Virus record (IMG/VR): IMGVR_UViG_3300027754_000091
Location: 1-62,795 of that record
Reading direction: 5' to 3' (one strand)
Length of the DNA: 62,795 nt
Source of the DNA: a virus
Taxonomy: Duplodnaviria; Caudoviricetes
The notes under the pieces were generated by a model that was not told the DNA's origin, did no database searches, and saw nothing but the letters and a program-made list of their open reading frames with translations. Made by a program: the position numbers and the translations under genes. Positions 7,427 through 17,770 of this stretch are shown piece by piece (the stretch's first letter is position 1; every line of letters begins with the position of its first letter).

Positions 7427-9404
7427 TGAAGTAGAAAAAATAATCAAAGAAGTATCAAAACAATATGGTGCTGGTATTGCAATAAATGCAAGCGATTTGT
7501 TGGATGAAGAAAAGCATGTAATACCGCTTTCTCCAGCTTTAAACCTTGGTTTGCATGGAGGTATACCAGAAGGTTCTTGGGTTACATGTTCTGGTCATCC
7601 AAAAAGTGGAAAAGAACAACCCATATCTGCCCTTGTTTACACGCCAAATGGACCTAAGCCAATTGGTGAATTAATGTTGGGTGAACATGTATGCACACAT
7701 GATGGTAATTCAGCAGAAATTCTTGCTATCTATCCACAAGGCATTAAAGATGTTTATCGAATAAGTTTTTCTGATGGAACATTTGCAGAATGCGGATTAG
7801 ATCATCTTTGGTCAATTAAAACAAAGGACCACAAAGATTTTGTTGTTAGACAACTTAAAGATTTTATAAATGACATTTACTACAAATCTGGAAAAGTTGC
7901 AAAATACTCTATACCAATTTCTACCCCTGCATTATTTAATGAAACAACTAAAGAAATTTCTCCATACATCATGGGCATCTTTCTTGGTGCTGGAATTTTT
8001 GGAAAAAATTCAACATATGTAACTCTTGAAAAAGATTTAGGGATTGTTGATCAGATGTCTGATAGCGATAAAAAATACATAATTTATGATAACGACTCAA
8101 AAAAAGTTTCCGTTAAAAATTGCAATCCTTTTATAAAGCTTGGACTTTTTAATATTGCTAATAATGAAAAATTTATTCCTTCAAAATATTTATTTGATGG
8201 GGTTTATAATCGAACAAGGCTAATAACTGGCATTTTAAAAGTAGCTGGTTACTTAACCAAAGATAAAAGTTTAACCATCACGGTATCGAGCCAAAGACTT
8301 GCAGAAGATATTGTCACATTGGTTCAATCTTTAGGTGGAATAGGAAACTATTCTGTGCATAAGAACAAAGATTCAAAAAGATATGTGTGCATATTAAAGC
8401 TTAACATTTTACAAAAAAGAAAAAATAAATTTGAAAGAAAAATAATATCTATAAAAAAAGTAAGAAAAGAAGAGTGTGTTTGTATTACCATAAACACGAA
8501 AGATGGCTTGTATTTAACTAATAGCTTTATAGTTACACACAATACTTTAACCTCGCTTTCTTTTGCTGCACAATGTCAAAAACCAGAGAATGGTGGTAGA
8601 CATGTGTATTATCTAAACATTGAAGGTCGATTAAAGCCTATGAATCTAAGGGGCATAGCTGGCTTAAATTTGGACAAGATGACAATCTATAGGTCTACTC
8701 AAGATAAGATTCTTTCCGCAAAGGACTACCTAAATCTGGCCTTTAAAGCTATTAATACACACCCAGGTAGTTTAATCATAATAGATAGTGTTTCTGCTCT
8801 ATGTGATGAAAAAGAGATGGATGAGGGCATTGGGTATGAAAATAGAGGGGCTGGTAATAAGCTTTTTGCTGGTTTTTGCAGACAAGCAGCTAATATAGTA
8901 CCAGTACAAAACTGTATTGTTTGGGCTATTATGCACTTAACTCAATCTCAAGGTATGTATGGTGGTTATACAGAAAAAGGCTCTAGAACATTGCAGTATC
9001 AAGCAGATGTTCAAATGAGAGTTAAATTTGATAAAGCTTGGAATGTTGGCATAGAAGGCAAAGAAAAACAAATTGGCCAGCAAGTTCATTGGTTGATTGA
9101 ATCTTGTGCTTTAGGTTCGCCAGGAATGGAAATTGATAGCTACATTCGTTATGGGGTTGGTATTGATAATACATATGAAGCCATAAATCTTGGTTGTCAG
9201 CTTGGCCTTATACTTAAAGCTGGTGCTTGGATGACACTTGATTTTATGCAAAGACATTTAAAATTGTTAGAGTCAAAAGAATGGGATGATGCAACAATAA
9301 GAAAAGTTAAAACTCAAGGTGCAGAAAAACTTTATAGACTATTGCTTGATAATCCTGCATGGGTAAAGATTCTTGAACAAGAAATAAAAGGTCTTTTATC
9401 ATGA
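7419..9404 (+). CDS. recA: RecA/UvsX-like recombinase containing an intein
   Basis: SPALNLGLHGGIPEG; Walker A GHPKSGK|T restored after intein removal; YLNIEGR; Walker B IIIDSVSAL; TLQYQADVQM. Confidence 0.88.
   Translation: MSDEVEKIIKEVSKQYGAGIAINASDLLDEEKHVIPLSPALNLGLHGGIPEGSWVTCSGHPKSGKEQPISALVYTPNGPKPIGELMLGEHVCTHDGNSAEILAIYPQGIKDVYRISFSDGTFAECGLDHLWSIKTKDHKDFVVRQLKDFINDIYYKSGKVAKYSIPISTPALFNETTKEISPYIMGIFLGAGIFGKNSTYVTLEKDLGIVDQMSDSDKKYIIYDNDSKKVSVKNCNPFIKLGLFNIANNEKFIPSKYLFDGVYNRTRLITGILKVAGYLTKDKSLTITVSSQRLAEDIVTLVQSLGGIGNYSVHKNKDSKRYVCILKLNILQKRKNKFERKIISIKKVRKEECVCITINTKDGLYLTNSFIVTHNTLTSLSFAAQCQKPENGGRHVYYLNIEGRLKPMNLRGIAGLNLDKMTIYRSTQDKILSAKDYLNLAFKAINTHPGSLIIIDSVSALCDEKEMDEGIGYENRGAGNKLFAGFCRQAANIVPVQNCIVWAIMHLTQSQGMYGGYTEKGSRTLQYQADVQMRVKFDKAWNVGIEGKEKQIGQQVHWLIESCALGSPGMEIDSYIRYGVGIDNTYEAINLGCQLGLILKAGAWMTLDFMQRHLKLLESKEWDDATIRKVKTQGAEKLYRLLLDNPAWVKILEQEIKGLLS
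7614..8543 (+). mobile_element. Class 3 intein (310 aa) in the RecA P-loop, with degenerate LAGLIDADG domain
   Basis: Starts EQPISALVYTPNG; block B ECGLDHLW; block F CVCITI; ends FIVTHN followed by Thr+1; W-C-T triad present. Confidence 0.88.
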
Positions 9405-9805
9405 AAATAAGAGGATTAGATGGAAGAGTGCATTCTTGGTCATTTTATGGTCAAATGCCAGACATAAGCGATGAAAGAAAAAGATCAGAGTTGCACATAA
9501 GAACTAGGGGCTTGCTTAAATCTTTGTATCCAGTAGATAGAATACTTGAAGAAGTTCATTTGCCTGGATCTGGAAATTTATACGCAGATTTTTGGTTGCC
9601 ACTAAGGAATAAGATGGTAGAAGTTCATGGAGAACAGCATTATAAGTTTGTTCCTTTCTTTCATGGAACACAGCTAAACTTTTTGGCATCAAAAGCGAAT
9701 GACAATAAGAAGAGAGAATGGTGTTTAATTAACGGAATAGTTCTTGTGGAGTTACCATTTAATGAATCAACCGAGCAATGGCAATCAAGAATTGAACTTG
9801 ACTGA
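9401..9805 (+). CDS. Vsr/DUF559-like PD-(D/E)xK endonuclease
   Basis: YADFWLPLRNKMVEVHGEQHY...DNKKREWC. Confidence 0.7.
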   Translation: MKIRGLDGRVHSWSFYGQMPDISDERKRSELHIRTRGLLKSLYPVDRILEEVHLPGSGNLYADFWLPLRNKMVEVHGEQHYKFVPFFHGTQLNFLASKANDNKKREWCLINGIVLVELPFNESTEQWQSRIELD

Positions 9806-10271
9806 AGAACAGAAAATTGATCTTGCTTTAGAGAAGTACGAATTAACTATTGGATTAACACCAATTCCTTCTGATAAGGAGTTTACATGCATAAAGTACT
9901 TATACTTATCACAAGATGATTTATCAAAAATGAGTAGTGAACAATGCTCAGAGTCATGTGTTTTACTTAATAGTTTTTCTTTTCATATAAGCAGAGTCAT
10001 AAACAAAGAAAAAACAAAGTTAAGATGGTGCAATGAGAAGATTTTAAGTGTTATAGCGAATAATCTTTCAGACTACAGATATTTTTCAGCAGAAGAAAGA
10101 ATGGCTTTATGTATAAAAGACAATGATTATGCAAAAAAAATAAAAAAGCTTTCTGCTTTAATACAAGCAAGAATAGATAGGATTGAATATTTGCCGATTA
10201 GACTTGAAAAAGTTGCTGAATCTTTGTCAAATTTAGCTTACTCAAAAAGGAGAAATAATGAACCTCGTTAA
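9762..10271 (+). CDS. Helical hypothetical protein, possibly UvsY-like recombination mediator
   Basis: Coiled-coil C-terminal half and position between recA and dnaB; function is inference only. Confidence 0.35.
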   Translation: MNQPSNGNQELNLTEEQKIDLALEKYELTIGLTPIPSDKEFTCIKYLYLSQDDLSKMSSEQCSESCVLLNSFSFHISRVINKEKTKLRWCNEKILSVIANNLSDYRYFSAEERMALCIKDNDYAKKIKKLSALIQARIDRIEYLPIRLEKVAESLSNLAYSKRRNNEPR

Positions 10272-10686
10272 CATGTTGAAAACAGCAGTTGGAAAAAAGG
10301 ATTGGGGGCTAGTGTCAAAAGCATTAAACATTTTAAATGGCGATGAAGAATTTCTTGTTTTAACACATCAACCATCTACTCCAGCCAAACAAGTTGATTT
10401 TTTATCTAACAAGGCTTCTGTCGGCACTAAGTCTTTAATTGCACCAACAGCGAACAAGTTTGTTGATGATTTGACACTTGAGTCGGGATTTATAGAAAAG
10501 GGGCAAAAGGCATCAAATAAAAGTTATAGACAACCATTTAAAGAAGGCGATAATTTTTGTGATGTAAAATGTTCAAAATGTGGAGGCAATATGAAAATTA
10601 CAAAAGAAGAATATAAGTTTAGAACAATTGATTCTGAATCAGCACCATTCACATGCATTAAATGCATTAGAAATTCGAGTAGATAA
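10258..10686 (+). CDS. Hypothetical protein with C-terminal zinc ribbon
   Basis: CSKC...CIKC. Confidence 0.55.
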   Translation: MNLVNMLKTAVGKKDWGLVSKALNILNGDEEFLVLTHQPSTPAKQVDFLSNKASVGTKSLIAPTANKFVDDLTLESGFIEKGQKASNKSYRQPFKEGDNFCDVKCSKCGGNMKITKEEYKFRTIDSESAPFTCIKCIRNSSR

Positions 10687-12149
10687 TGAACGATGTTGCA
10701 TCTGAAAGGGTTATATTAGCTGCTCTTTTTCAAAAAGGCTATGATTGTTATATTGAAATTTGCGATATTGTTGATGAAAATAGCTTTAGCTCTGATGAAA
10801 CGGCTGCAATATATAAATGTTTAGTAAAAATAGTAAATGAAAAAGATTCAAAAGCCGATATACCATCGATTATAGCTGTAGCAAACTCTTTAAAAATACA
10901 GCAGTTTTTTCAAAAAGATGATCAAGCTAAGTATCTTAGATCTTTAACATTGTTACCAGTTGAAATAGTTAACGCTAAAAAAGCAGCAGCAAAATTAAAA
11001 AAGATGCAAATTGCTAAGACTTTGGCGTACAACTTGTCTAATTGTGCAAGTGAGTTATTGAATATGACAGGCGATGAGCCTATTTCACAAATAGTTTCTC
11101 TTGCAGAAGCAACTGTGTTAGATCAAACTTTTAAAATTTCAAATGCAGAAGACCCAAGCCCTAAAGAAATATCTGAAGGTTTGGATGATTATGTAAAGTT
11201 TCTAGAAGATAATCCAATATCTCAACTTGGCATTTCATCAGGCTTTAAAGTTTACGATAGGGCTATTGGGGGCGGTCTTAGGCCAGGAACAGTTAATTTG
11301 ATTGGTGCAAGAATGAAAACAGGAAAATCATTTTTTGCAGACAATGTTGCGATGAATGTTTCTAAACAGGGCATACCTGTGTTAATGTTTGATACTGAAA
11401 TGACAGCTAAAGATCATTGGCATAGACTATTGGCTTGTATTGGAAATATTAAAATTGAAGAGATTGAGAATGGGTCTTTTTCAAAGGATTCATCAAAAAA
11501 GAAAAGGGTTTATGATGCATCAAAAGCATTAAAAGATATGCCTTTTAAGTACAAGTCTATTGCTGGAAAAAGCTTTGATGAGGTTTTAAGCCTTGCTAGA
11601 AGGTGGGTTATAAAAGATGTTGGTCTAGATGATTTTGGTAAAGCTAAACCATGTTTAATAATATTAGATTATATAAAATTAATGGATGATGGAGCAATAT
11701 CAAAAAATATTGCCGAGTATCAAGCATTAGGTTTTTTAATGTCAAGCTTACATAATTTCATGGTTCAATATGGTGTTGCTTGTTTAGCCTTTACTCAATT
11801 AAATAGAGATGGCATAACAAGAGAGGATACAGATGTTGCATCAGGATCTGACAGAATCTTGTGGCTATGCAGCAATTTTTCAATATATAAGCGTAAAACA
11901 GAAGAGGAAATGGCAGATGAAAGCGTTTCAGAAAATAATATTTCATACAACTTAAAACTAATACCGATTGTTGCAAGACATGGTAAAGGTATTGATGCTG
12001 GTGATTACATCAACATATCTGGAAATTATGAATATGGAAGAATAACAGAAGGTCCAACTAGGAATGAATTTTACAAACTTAGATCAACAAGAATTAATAA
12101 TGGCTTTCAAATAGAGGAACTATCAGATGAAATCTCAGGAACAAATTGA
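10686..12149 (+). CDS. dnaB: Replicative DnaB-like helicase
   Basis: SERVILAAL, GISSGF, Walker A GARMKTGKS, FDTEM, ILDYIKLM, TQLNR, ARHG. Confidence 0.93.
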   Translation: MNDVASERVILAALFQKGYDCYIEICDIVDENSFSSDETAAIYKCLVKIVNEKDSKADIPSIIAVANSLKIQQFFQKDDQAKYLRSLTLLPVEIVNAKKAAAKLKKMQIAKTLAYNLSNCASELLNMTGDEPISQIVSLAEATVLDQTFKISNAEDPSPKEISEGLDDYVKFLEDNPISQLGISSGFKVYDRAIGGGLRPGTVNLIGARMKTGKSFFADNVAMNVSKQGIPVLMFDTEMTAKDHWHRLLACIGNIKIEEIENGSFSKDSSKKKRVYDASKALKDMPFKYKSIAGKSFDEVLSLARRWVIKDVGLDDFGKAKPCLIILDYIKLMDDGAISKNIAEYQALGFLMSSLHNFMVQYGVACLAFTQLNRDGITREDTDVASGSDRILWLCSNFSIYKRKTEEEMADESVSENNISYNLKLIPIVARHGKGIDAGDYINISGNYEYGRITEGPTRNEFYKLRSTRINNGFQIEELSDEISGTN

Positions 12150-13242
12150 TTTTAAATCAGCAAATAAAATAATTTCAAAAAATATAGATGTTGTTTTAAA
12201 TCACTTCGATATTGAATTAAATTATACGGATGCTTATCTTTCTGGTCCATGCCCAATACATGGTGGAGATAATAAGACTGCATTTAATATTTTTACATCT
12301 GGTAATACGCATGTTGGAAATTGGATATGTTACACGCACCATTGTGAAAAAAGTTTTATAAATAATACAATTGGTTTTATTAGAGGTTTGATAAGTCATA
12401 GTAAATATAATTGGTCAAAGTCTGGAGATAAAATAGCATCATTTGCAGAAACATTGTACTTAATAAAAAGCTTGTACGACTTTTCAATTGATGATACTTT
12501 ATCTACAAATAAACCTAAAAATATATTAGAATCTTCTGCATTTACAAAAACCACAAAAGAAAAACAAGATAAGTGGAGTAAGACTTCTGTAAGATCAAGC
12601 TTGTCAATACCATCTAAGTATTATCTTTCTAGGGGTTACACTGAAGAATGTTTAAATAATTATGACATAGGAGAGTCTAATTCCTCTATTGGAATATTTA
12701 AAGATAGGGTAGTTGTTCCAGTGTATGACACAGATGGAAAATTTATAGTTGGTTTCACAGGAAGAACAAGGTACAAAAAATGTGAAGCATGTAAACATTA
12801 TCATGAACAAGAAGCTAGTTGCAATGGTTATGTTCATATGTCTAAGTGGTGTCACAATAAGGGTTTTTCTAAAAAAGATTACTTATACAATTATAATTTT
12901 GCAATTGATTCTATTAAAAAAACTGGCGTTGCCATATTGGTGGAAGGACCAGGAGATGTTTGGAGAATTGCTGAATCTGGAATTAAAAATTCATTGGCTG
13001 TATTTGGATCTTCTTTAACAGATGCACAACAGATTTTATTAGAGTCATCTGGAGCTTTGCACTTAATACTACTATTTGATTCAGATGAGGCTGGTTTAAA
13101 GGCTGGCAATAGCATAGAATCTTCTCTTGGTAGAATGTTCAAAATAATTAAGCCAAAATTGCCGAATGGTTTTAAAGATATTGGTGAGATGAGTGTGGAT
13201 GATGTTAAAAGTTTTTTACTCCCTATTATGGAAAAGCTGTGA
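12127..13242 (+). CDS. dnaG: DnaG-type primase (CHC2 zinc finger plus TOPRIM)
   Basis: CPIHGGDN...CYTHHC; FKDRVVVP; GFTGR; ILVEGPGD; LFDSDEAG; KDIGE. Confidence 0.92.
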   Translation: MKSQEQIDFKSANKIISKNIDVVLNHFDIELNYTDAYLSGPCPIHGGDNKTAFNIFTSGNTHVGNWICYTHHCEKSFINNTIGFIRGLISHSKYNWSKSGDKIASFAETLYLIKSLYDFSIDDTLSTNKPKNILESSAFTKTTKEKQDKWSKTSVRSSLSIPSKYYLSRGYTEECLNNYDIGESNSSIGIFKDRVVVPVYDTDGKFIVGFTGRTRYKKCEACKHYHEQEASCNGYVHMSKWCHNKGFSKKDYLYNYNFAIDSIKKTGVAILVEGPGDVWRIAESGIKNSLAVFGSSLTDAQQILLESSGALHLILLFDSDEAGLKAGNSIESSLGRMFKIIKPKLPNGFKDIGEMSVDDVKSFLLPIMEKL

Positions 13243-13886
13243 TACAAAAAATAATTGGGTTTTCTGGAAAAAAGGGTTCTGGCAAAGATACTATTGCTGG
13301 ATTTCTTTCATTCAATTCTGTAGCCCTTTTTGGTTGTAGATCATCCATTTATTCTTTTGCACAACCAATGAAAAAAATGGCTATTAACTTTTTTGGATTA
13401 AAGCACAAACAAGTTTTTGGATCATTTGAAGATAAAAAAACTTTAACAAATTATTTATGGGAAGATCTTCCGCACTATGAAGAAATTAAAATTAGAAAAG
13501 AAGTGGCCCCAACTGGCAAAATGACAGCTAGGGAATTTTTGCAGGAATTTGGAACTGGTATAGCTAGAAGAATGTGTAAAGAAATACATATAAATGCTTG
13601 TTTTAATGAAATAAGAAATGGTCATTACCCATTGAATTTCATTACTGATGCTAGATTTGATAATGAAATAGACAGTATTAAAGAAAAAGGTGGAATTGTC
13701 ATAAGGTTAACAAAAAGCACTGAAGACGATTATCACATAAGCGAAAATGAATTGGACAATAGTGAAAAATTTGATATTGTTTTAGACAATCAAAAAATGA
13801 CAAAAGAAGAACAAAAAATAGAAATTTTAAAAATTCTTAAGAAATTAGATTGGATAAAGAGTGATTATAACTTACTTAAGATCTAG
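13239..13886 (+). CDS. Deoxynucleoside monophosphate kinase
   Basis: IIGFSGKKGSGKDT, SFAQPMK, TAREFLQEFGT, ITDARFDNE, HISE (T4 gp1-like). Confidence 0.88.
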   Translation: MIQKIIGFSGKKGSGKDTIAGFLSFNSVALFGCRSSIYSFAQPMKKMAINFFGLKHKQVFGSFEDKKTLTNYLWEDLPHYEEIKIRKEVAPTGKMTAREFLQEFGTGIARRMCKEIHINACFNEIRNGHYPLNFITDARFDNEIDSIKEKGGIVIRLTKSTEDDYHISENELDNSEKFDIVLDNQKMTKEEQKIEILKILKKLDWIKSDYNLLKI

Positions 13887-14880
13887 TTCTGTATCATCAT
13901 ACTCTTGGTGTCAGCACAAGTATTGGTTAACCTATAATCTTGGCTTTAAAGATGATTCCAATAAAAAGGCAGAAAAAGGTAATGTTGTACATAAAGGTTT
14001 AGAATTGTTGGCAAATAAAAAGCTTTGCCTACAAAATGGAACAATTTCATTCTCTGATTCTGAATTAGGGATGGAATTTATAACATCAGAAATGTCACCA
14101 GAAACAGCAATATTGGCTGGTTTTAATCATTACAAAAACAAAAGTACGCATGAGTGGACAGATGTTGATTTTAAAGAATGTACTAAGTGGTTGTGGGATG
14201 TTCTATTATTTAACAATGGCATGTTTTCACCATTAACTAGAAATATTGTCATGCCAGAACAGTATTTTGACATTGAAATTGATAAGCCTTGGGCAAATTA
14301 TGATTATTTTCTTCCAGATGGGCAAATAATTTCTGGAAAGTTACGAATAAAAGGAACTATGGACTTAATAACAAGAGTTGATTCAAAAACAGTAGAATAT
14401 GTTGATTGGAAAACAGGAGAAAGAAAGAATTGGTCAACAGGAAAAGAGAAAGGCTACGATGATTTATACAATGATTTTCAACTTAGATTATACCATTATG
14501 CTTTAAATGAACTATATCCAAATGAAAATATGATAATTATGACCATATTTTTTGTTAAAGCTGGTGGACCATTTTCTTTGTGTTTTCAAAAAGAAGACAT
14601 AAAAACAACTGAAGAAATGATAAAAAAAGAATTTGAAAAAATTAAGAATTGCAATAAGCCATCAAGGATAATAGACTATGGAAAAGATAAGTGGAAATGC
14701 ATTAGGCTTTGTAGTTTTTATAAAGAAAAACACAAGGATTCTGAAAATGAATCAATATGTGATCATATGCATCAAGAATTAATACAACTTGGTATTAATA
14801 ATGCGTATGTTAAACACGCCAAAAAAGATACTGTAAAATCTTATGGCGATGGTGGTGGTCAATCTAATAGGGAGAAATAA
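13861..14880 (+). CDS. Cas4/AddB-like PD-(D/E)xK exonuclease with probable Fe-S cluster
   Basis: N-terminal WCQHKY Cys; GTMDLI...VDWKTG; QLRLY; C-terminal CIRLC...C. Confidence 0.8.
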   Translation: MIITYLRSSSVSSYSWCQHKYWLTYNLGFKDDSNKKAEKGNVVHKGLELLANKKLCLQNGTISFSDSELGMEFITSEMSPETAILAGFNHYKNKSTHEWTDVDFKECTKWLWDVLLFNNGMFSPLTRNIVMPEQYFDIEIDKPWANYDYFLPDGQIISGKLRIKGTMDLITRVDSKTVEYVDWKTGERKNWSTGKEKGYDDLYNDFQLRLYHYALNELYPNENMIIMTIFFVKAGGPFSLCFQKEDIKTTEEMIKKEFEKIKNCNKPSRIIDYGKDKWKCIRLCSFYKEKHKDSENESICDHMHQELIQLGINNAYVKHAKKDTVKSYGDGGGQSNREK

Positions 14881-14881
14881 C

Positions 14882-15577
14882 ATGGTTGATTGGAGATGGG
14901 AAGATATTGTTTTTACCAACAAAAAAGAAGAAGTTGCAACAACAACTACTGAACCAGAAATTATCAAATATGAACCTAAATATAATGGTGAACAGGTTCT
15001 TGTTATTAAAAACGACTTATTAAAAGATGATTCCTTTCAAGGATTTATTACTGGAAATGTAGCAAAAAATTTGCGAGATAAAATTCTTTCAACAGAAAAC
15101 ATGTTTTATATTGATCGTGATATTGCAGAAAATGATAAATCTTATAAACAGATTATACCATACTGTTTAATCAATCGTGGAGAATCAACATTTTGCTATC
15201 AAAGATCTAAAGCAGGGTCTGAAAACAGATTGCATGATTTGTGGTCGTTAGGCGTTGGTGGGCATGTTAATCCATGCGATGGATTGAGTGCTGAAACTAT
15301 TACTAATGCATGTAAGAGAGAAATTGAAGAAGAAGTTGAGTTTTCAAATTTAAAAAATGCACATTTTATAGGTTTGATAAACGATGATTCAAATGATGTA
15401 AGCTCTGTTCATTTTGGAGTTGTTTATAGTGTAAATCTTCAAGAGCATTCAACCTTTAAGGTTAAAGAAGAAGCACTAGCAGAAGGATCTTTTGTTATAA
15501 AAGAAATCGTTAAAGTTGAAGAAAAGAATTGGGAAAATTGGTCGGCTTTAATTGTAAATGAATATTTAAGAAAGTAA
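14882..15577 (+). CDS. NUDIX-family phosphoesterase
   Basis: AENDKSYKQIIPY, SLGVGGHVN, CKREIEEEV, GLINDD, VHFG. Confidence 0.82.
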   Translation: MVDWRWEDIVFTNKKEEVATTTTEPEIIKYEPKYNGEQVLVIKNDLLKDDSFQGFITGNVAKNLRDKILSTENMFYIDRDIAENDKSYKQIIPYCLINRGESTFCYQRSKAGSENRLHDLWSLGVGGHVNPCDGLSAETITNACKREIEEEVEFSNLKNAHFIGLINDDSNDVSSVHFGVVYSVNLQEHSTFKVKEEALAEGSFVIKEIVKVEEKNWENWSALIVNEYLRK

Positions 15578-15594
15578 AATTTTAGGAACAGCAC

Positions 15595-17508
15595 ATGAAT
15601 AATTGGACAGCACTACATTGTCATTCTCACTATAGTCTTTTAGATGGTTTAACAAAGCCAGAATCTATGGCAAAAAGAGCAAAAAGTCTTGGGCACAAGT
15701 CTATAGCTCTTACTGATCATGGAACTATTTCTGGCTCTATTTCTTTTAATAAGGCATGTGTCGCAGAAGAAATAAAACCAATAATAGGGTGTGAGTTTTA
15801 CATATGTGGTCAAAGTGCTTTGATTCATGACAAAACTAATTCTAAAAATTCTCACCTATGTGTCCTTGCTAAAAATATTTCTGGCTGGTCTGAGCTTATA
15901 AAACTTTCGTCTTTATCAAACAATAAAGATTATTTTTATTATAAGCCTAGACTAAGCTTAGAAGATTTTGCACTACATTCAAAAAACCTAATAGCGTTCT
16001 CTGGACACCCAGGAACACAATTGGCCAGATGTATTTTTCCAGATGAGGCGTACAAGTGTGCTAGTCCAGAAGAAGCAAGAGCTTTAATTAAAGACGATTG
16101 GTTTGAAGAATGTAAGAAGTTATGTTCTAAACACCAAGATATTTTTGGCAAAGAAAACTTTTTTATTGAGATACAGCTTTTTGATAAAGACAACTTACAT
16201 TGTTCTGTAGTCCTTGCTGAATGTCTTAGAAAACTATCCAAGGAAACTGGTATTAAGGCAATAGCTACTCCTGATGCTCATTACGCTAAACAAGAGGATG
16301 CTTCTGATCAAAGAATAATCTTATGTGCATCTATGGAAACAACTCTTTCTAAAGTAAGATCGTCTTTAGACAAACATGAAGACTTTGGATTGTCTAGCTT
16401 TTTTAAATCAAACAGGTATTACATTCCATCTACTGAAGAAATTTTAGCTCTTCATGAACCAGAAGAGTTAAAAAATTGTTTGTTGATTGAAGAGATGTGC
16501 GAAAATTATTCTTTAACAAAAAAATCTGTTTTGCCAAGTTTTGAGTGTCCAGAAAGCAAAAATGAACATGATTACTTAAGAGAACTTTGTAGAAATGGGT
16601 GGAAAGAAAAGTTTTCAGATTTAGAAAAAGATTCATCAAAGTTTGAAAATTATGTTGGAAGAATTAAAAATGAGCTTTCGGTTATAGGCGATGCTGGTCT
16701 TGAAGGTTACTTTTTAATTGTTCAAGACTATTGCAATTGGGCTAGAAAACAAGGTTGGTTAACAGGAAGAGGGCGTGGGTCAGGTGCTGGTTGTATGATT
16801 TCTTATTTGCTTGGAATAACTCAAGTAGATCCAATCGAGCACAATTTAGTTTTTGAGCGTTTTTACAATGCTGGAAGAAATGTTCCAGGTCATGTAAGTC
16901 TTCCTGATATAGATTGTGACTTTCCAATTACTAAAAGAGACAAGGTTATTGATTACATTAAAGCAAAGTATAACGAAGAAAATGTTTCGCAGATGATAAC
17001 ATATAGCAGAATGCAGGGTAGGGGTGCTTTAAAAGATGTTTTAAGGGCACATGGATTTTCTTTTGATGAAAGCAATGCCATTACAAAAAACATACCTGAT
17101 GAATCTGAAATATCTGAACAACTTCAAGAAATGAAGGAAGATGGTGGAGAATCATCAATTATTGGTTGGGCATTAGAAAATATCCCTTCAAAGCTTAAAG
17201 ATTATTGCGAGATAGACGAACATGGTAATATAACAGGAAAGTTGTCAAAAGAGTTTTCACAAGCGATTAGACTTGAAGGAACTAAGCGTAGCCAAGGAAA
17301 ACATGCTGCTGGAATTGTTATAAGCCATACGCCTTTAAAAGATATATGCCCTATGATCTATGATAAGAAAAATAAGCAAATGATTGCTGGTCTTGAAATG
17401 TCAGATCTAGAATCAATTGGTTTGGTTAAGTTTGATATTTTGGGGGTTGCAGTTTTAGATAAAATAATGGGATGCATAAATTTATTGAAAGGAAAAGAAA
17501 ATGAATGA
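15595..17508 (+). CDS. dnaE: DNA polymerase III alpha, N-terminal part (PHP plus palm/thumb)
   Basis: LHCHSHYSLLDG, LTDHG, DAHY, GRGSGAG, FERF, PDIDCDF, HAAGIVI, GLVKFDILG, then a stop 20 codons later. Confidence 0.92.
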   Translation: MNNWTALHCHSHYSLLDGLTKPESMAKRAKSLGHKSIALTDHGTISGSISFNKACVAEEIKPIIGCEFYICGQSALIHDKTNSKNSHLCVLAKNISGWSELIKLSSLSNNKDYFYYKPRLSLEDFALHSKNLIAFSGHPGTQLARCIFPDEAYKCASPEEARALIKDDWFEECKKLCSKHQDIFGKENFFIEIQLFDKDNLHCSVVLAECLRKLSKETGIKAIATPDAHYAKQEDASDQRIILCASMETTLSKVRSSLDKHEDFGLSSFFKSNRYYIPSTEEILALHEPEELKNCLLIEEMCENYSLTKKSVLPSFECPESKNEHDYLRELCRNGWKEKFSDLEKDSSKFENYVGRIKNELSVIGDAGLEGYFLIVQDYCNWARKQGWLTGRGRGSGAGCMISYLLGITQVDPIEHNLVFERFYNAGRNVPGHVSLPDIDCDFPITKRDKVIDYIKAKYNEENVSQMITYSRMQGRGALKDVLRAHGFSFDESNAITKNIPDESEISEQLQEMKEDGGESSIIGWALENIPSKLKDYCEIDEHGNITGKLSKEFSQAIRLEGTKRSQGKHAAGIVISHTPLKDICPMIYDKKNKQMIAGLEMSDLESIGLVKFDILGVAVLDKIMGCINLLKGKENE

Positions 17509-17770
17509 AAAAGAAGAGGTTGAATTAATAGCAAAACTAGTATCTCAACAAATGGGATTAGTTCAAGCTCTTTCAGAATGTCAAAATTCAAAAAATCAAC
17601 TTTCTTTGCAGTTTATAAAAATACTTAAAGCCATTGTGTTAAAAAATAATGGTGACTTTGTTATAGAAAAAGAATTTTTTGATTCTGCTGATGACAATGA
17701 CTTTAAATTAGATATCACAACTGATGATGAAGAATCAATCGTTTTACAATTTTTAGAGAATGAGGAATAA
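17501..17770 (+). CDS. Small acidic hypothetical protein inside the polymerase cassette
   Basis: 89 aa, helical N-terminus, D/E-rich C-terminus; overlaps the end of dnaE-N. Confidence 0.55.
   Translation: MNEKEEVELIAKLVSQQMGLVQALSECQNSKNQLSLQFIKILKAIVLKNNGDFVIEKEFFDSADDNDFKLDITTDDEESIVLQFLENEE

Noticed and set aside
13861-14880. CRISPR-Cas system suggested by the Cas4-like gene
   Set aside because: No repeat-spacer array or other cas genes seen; stand-alone Cas4-like nucleases are common in phage replication modules
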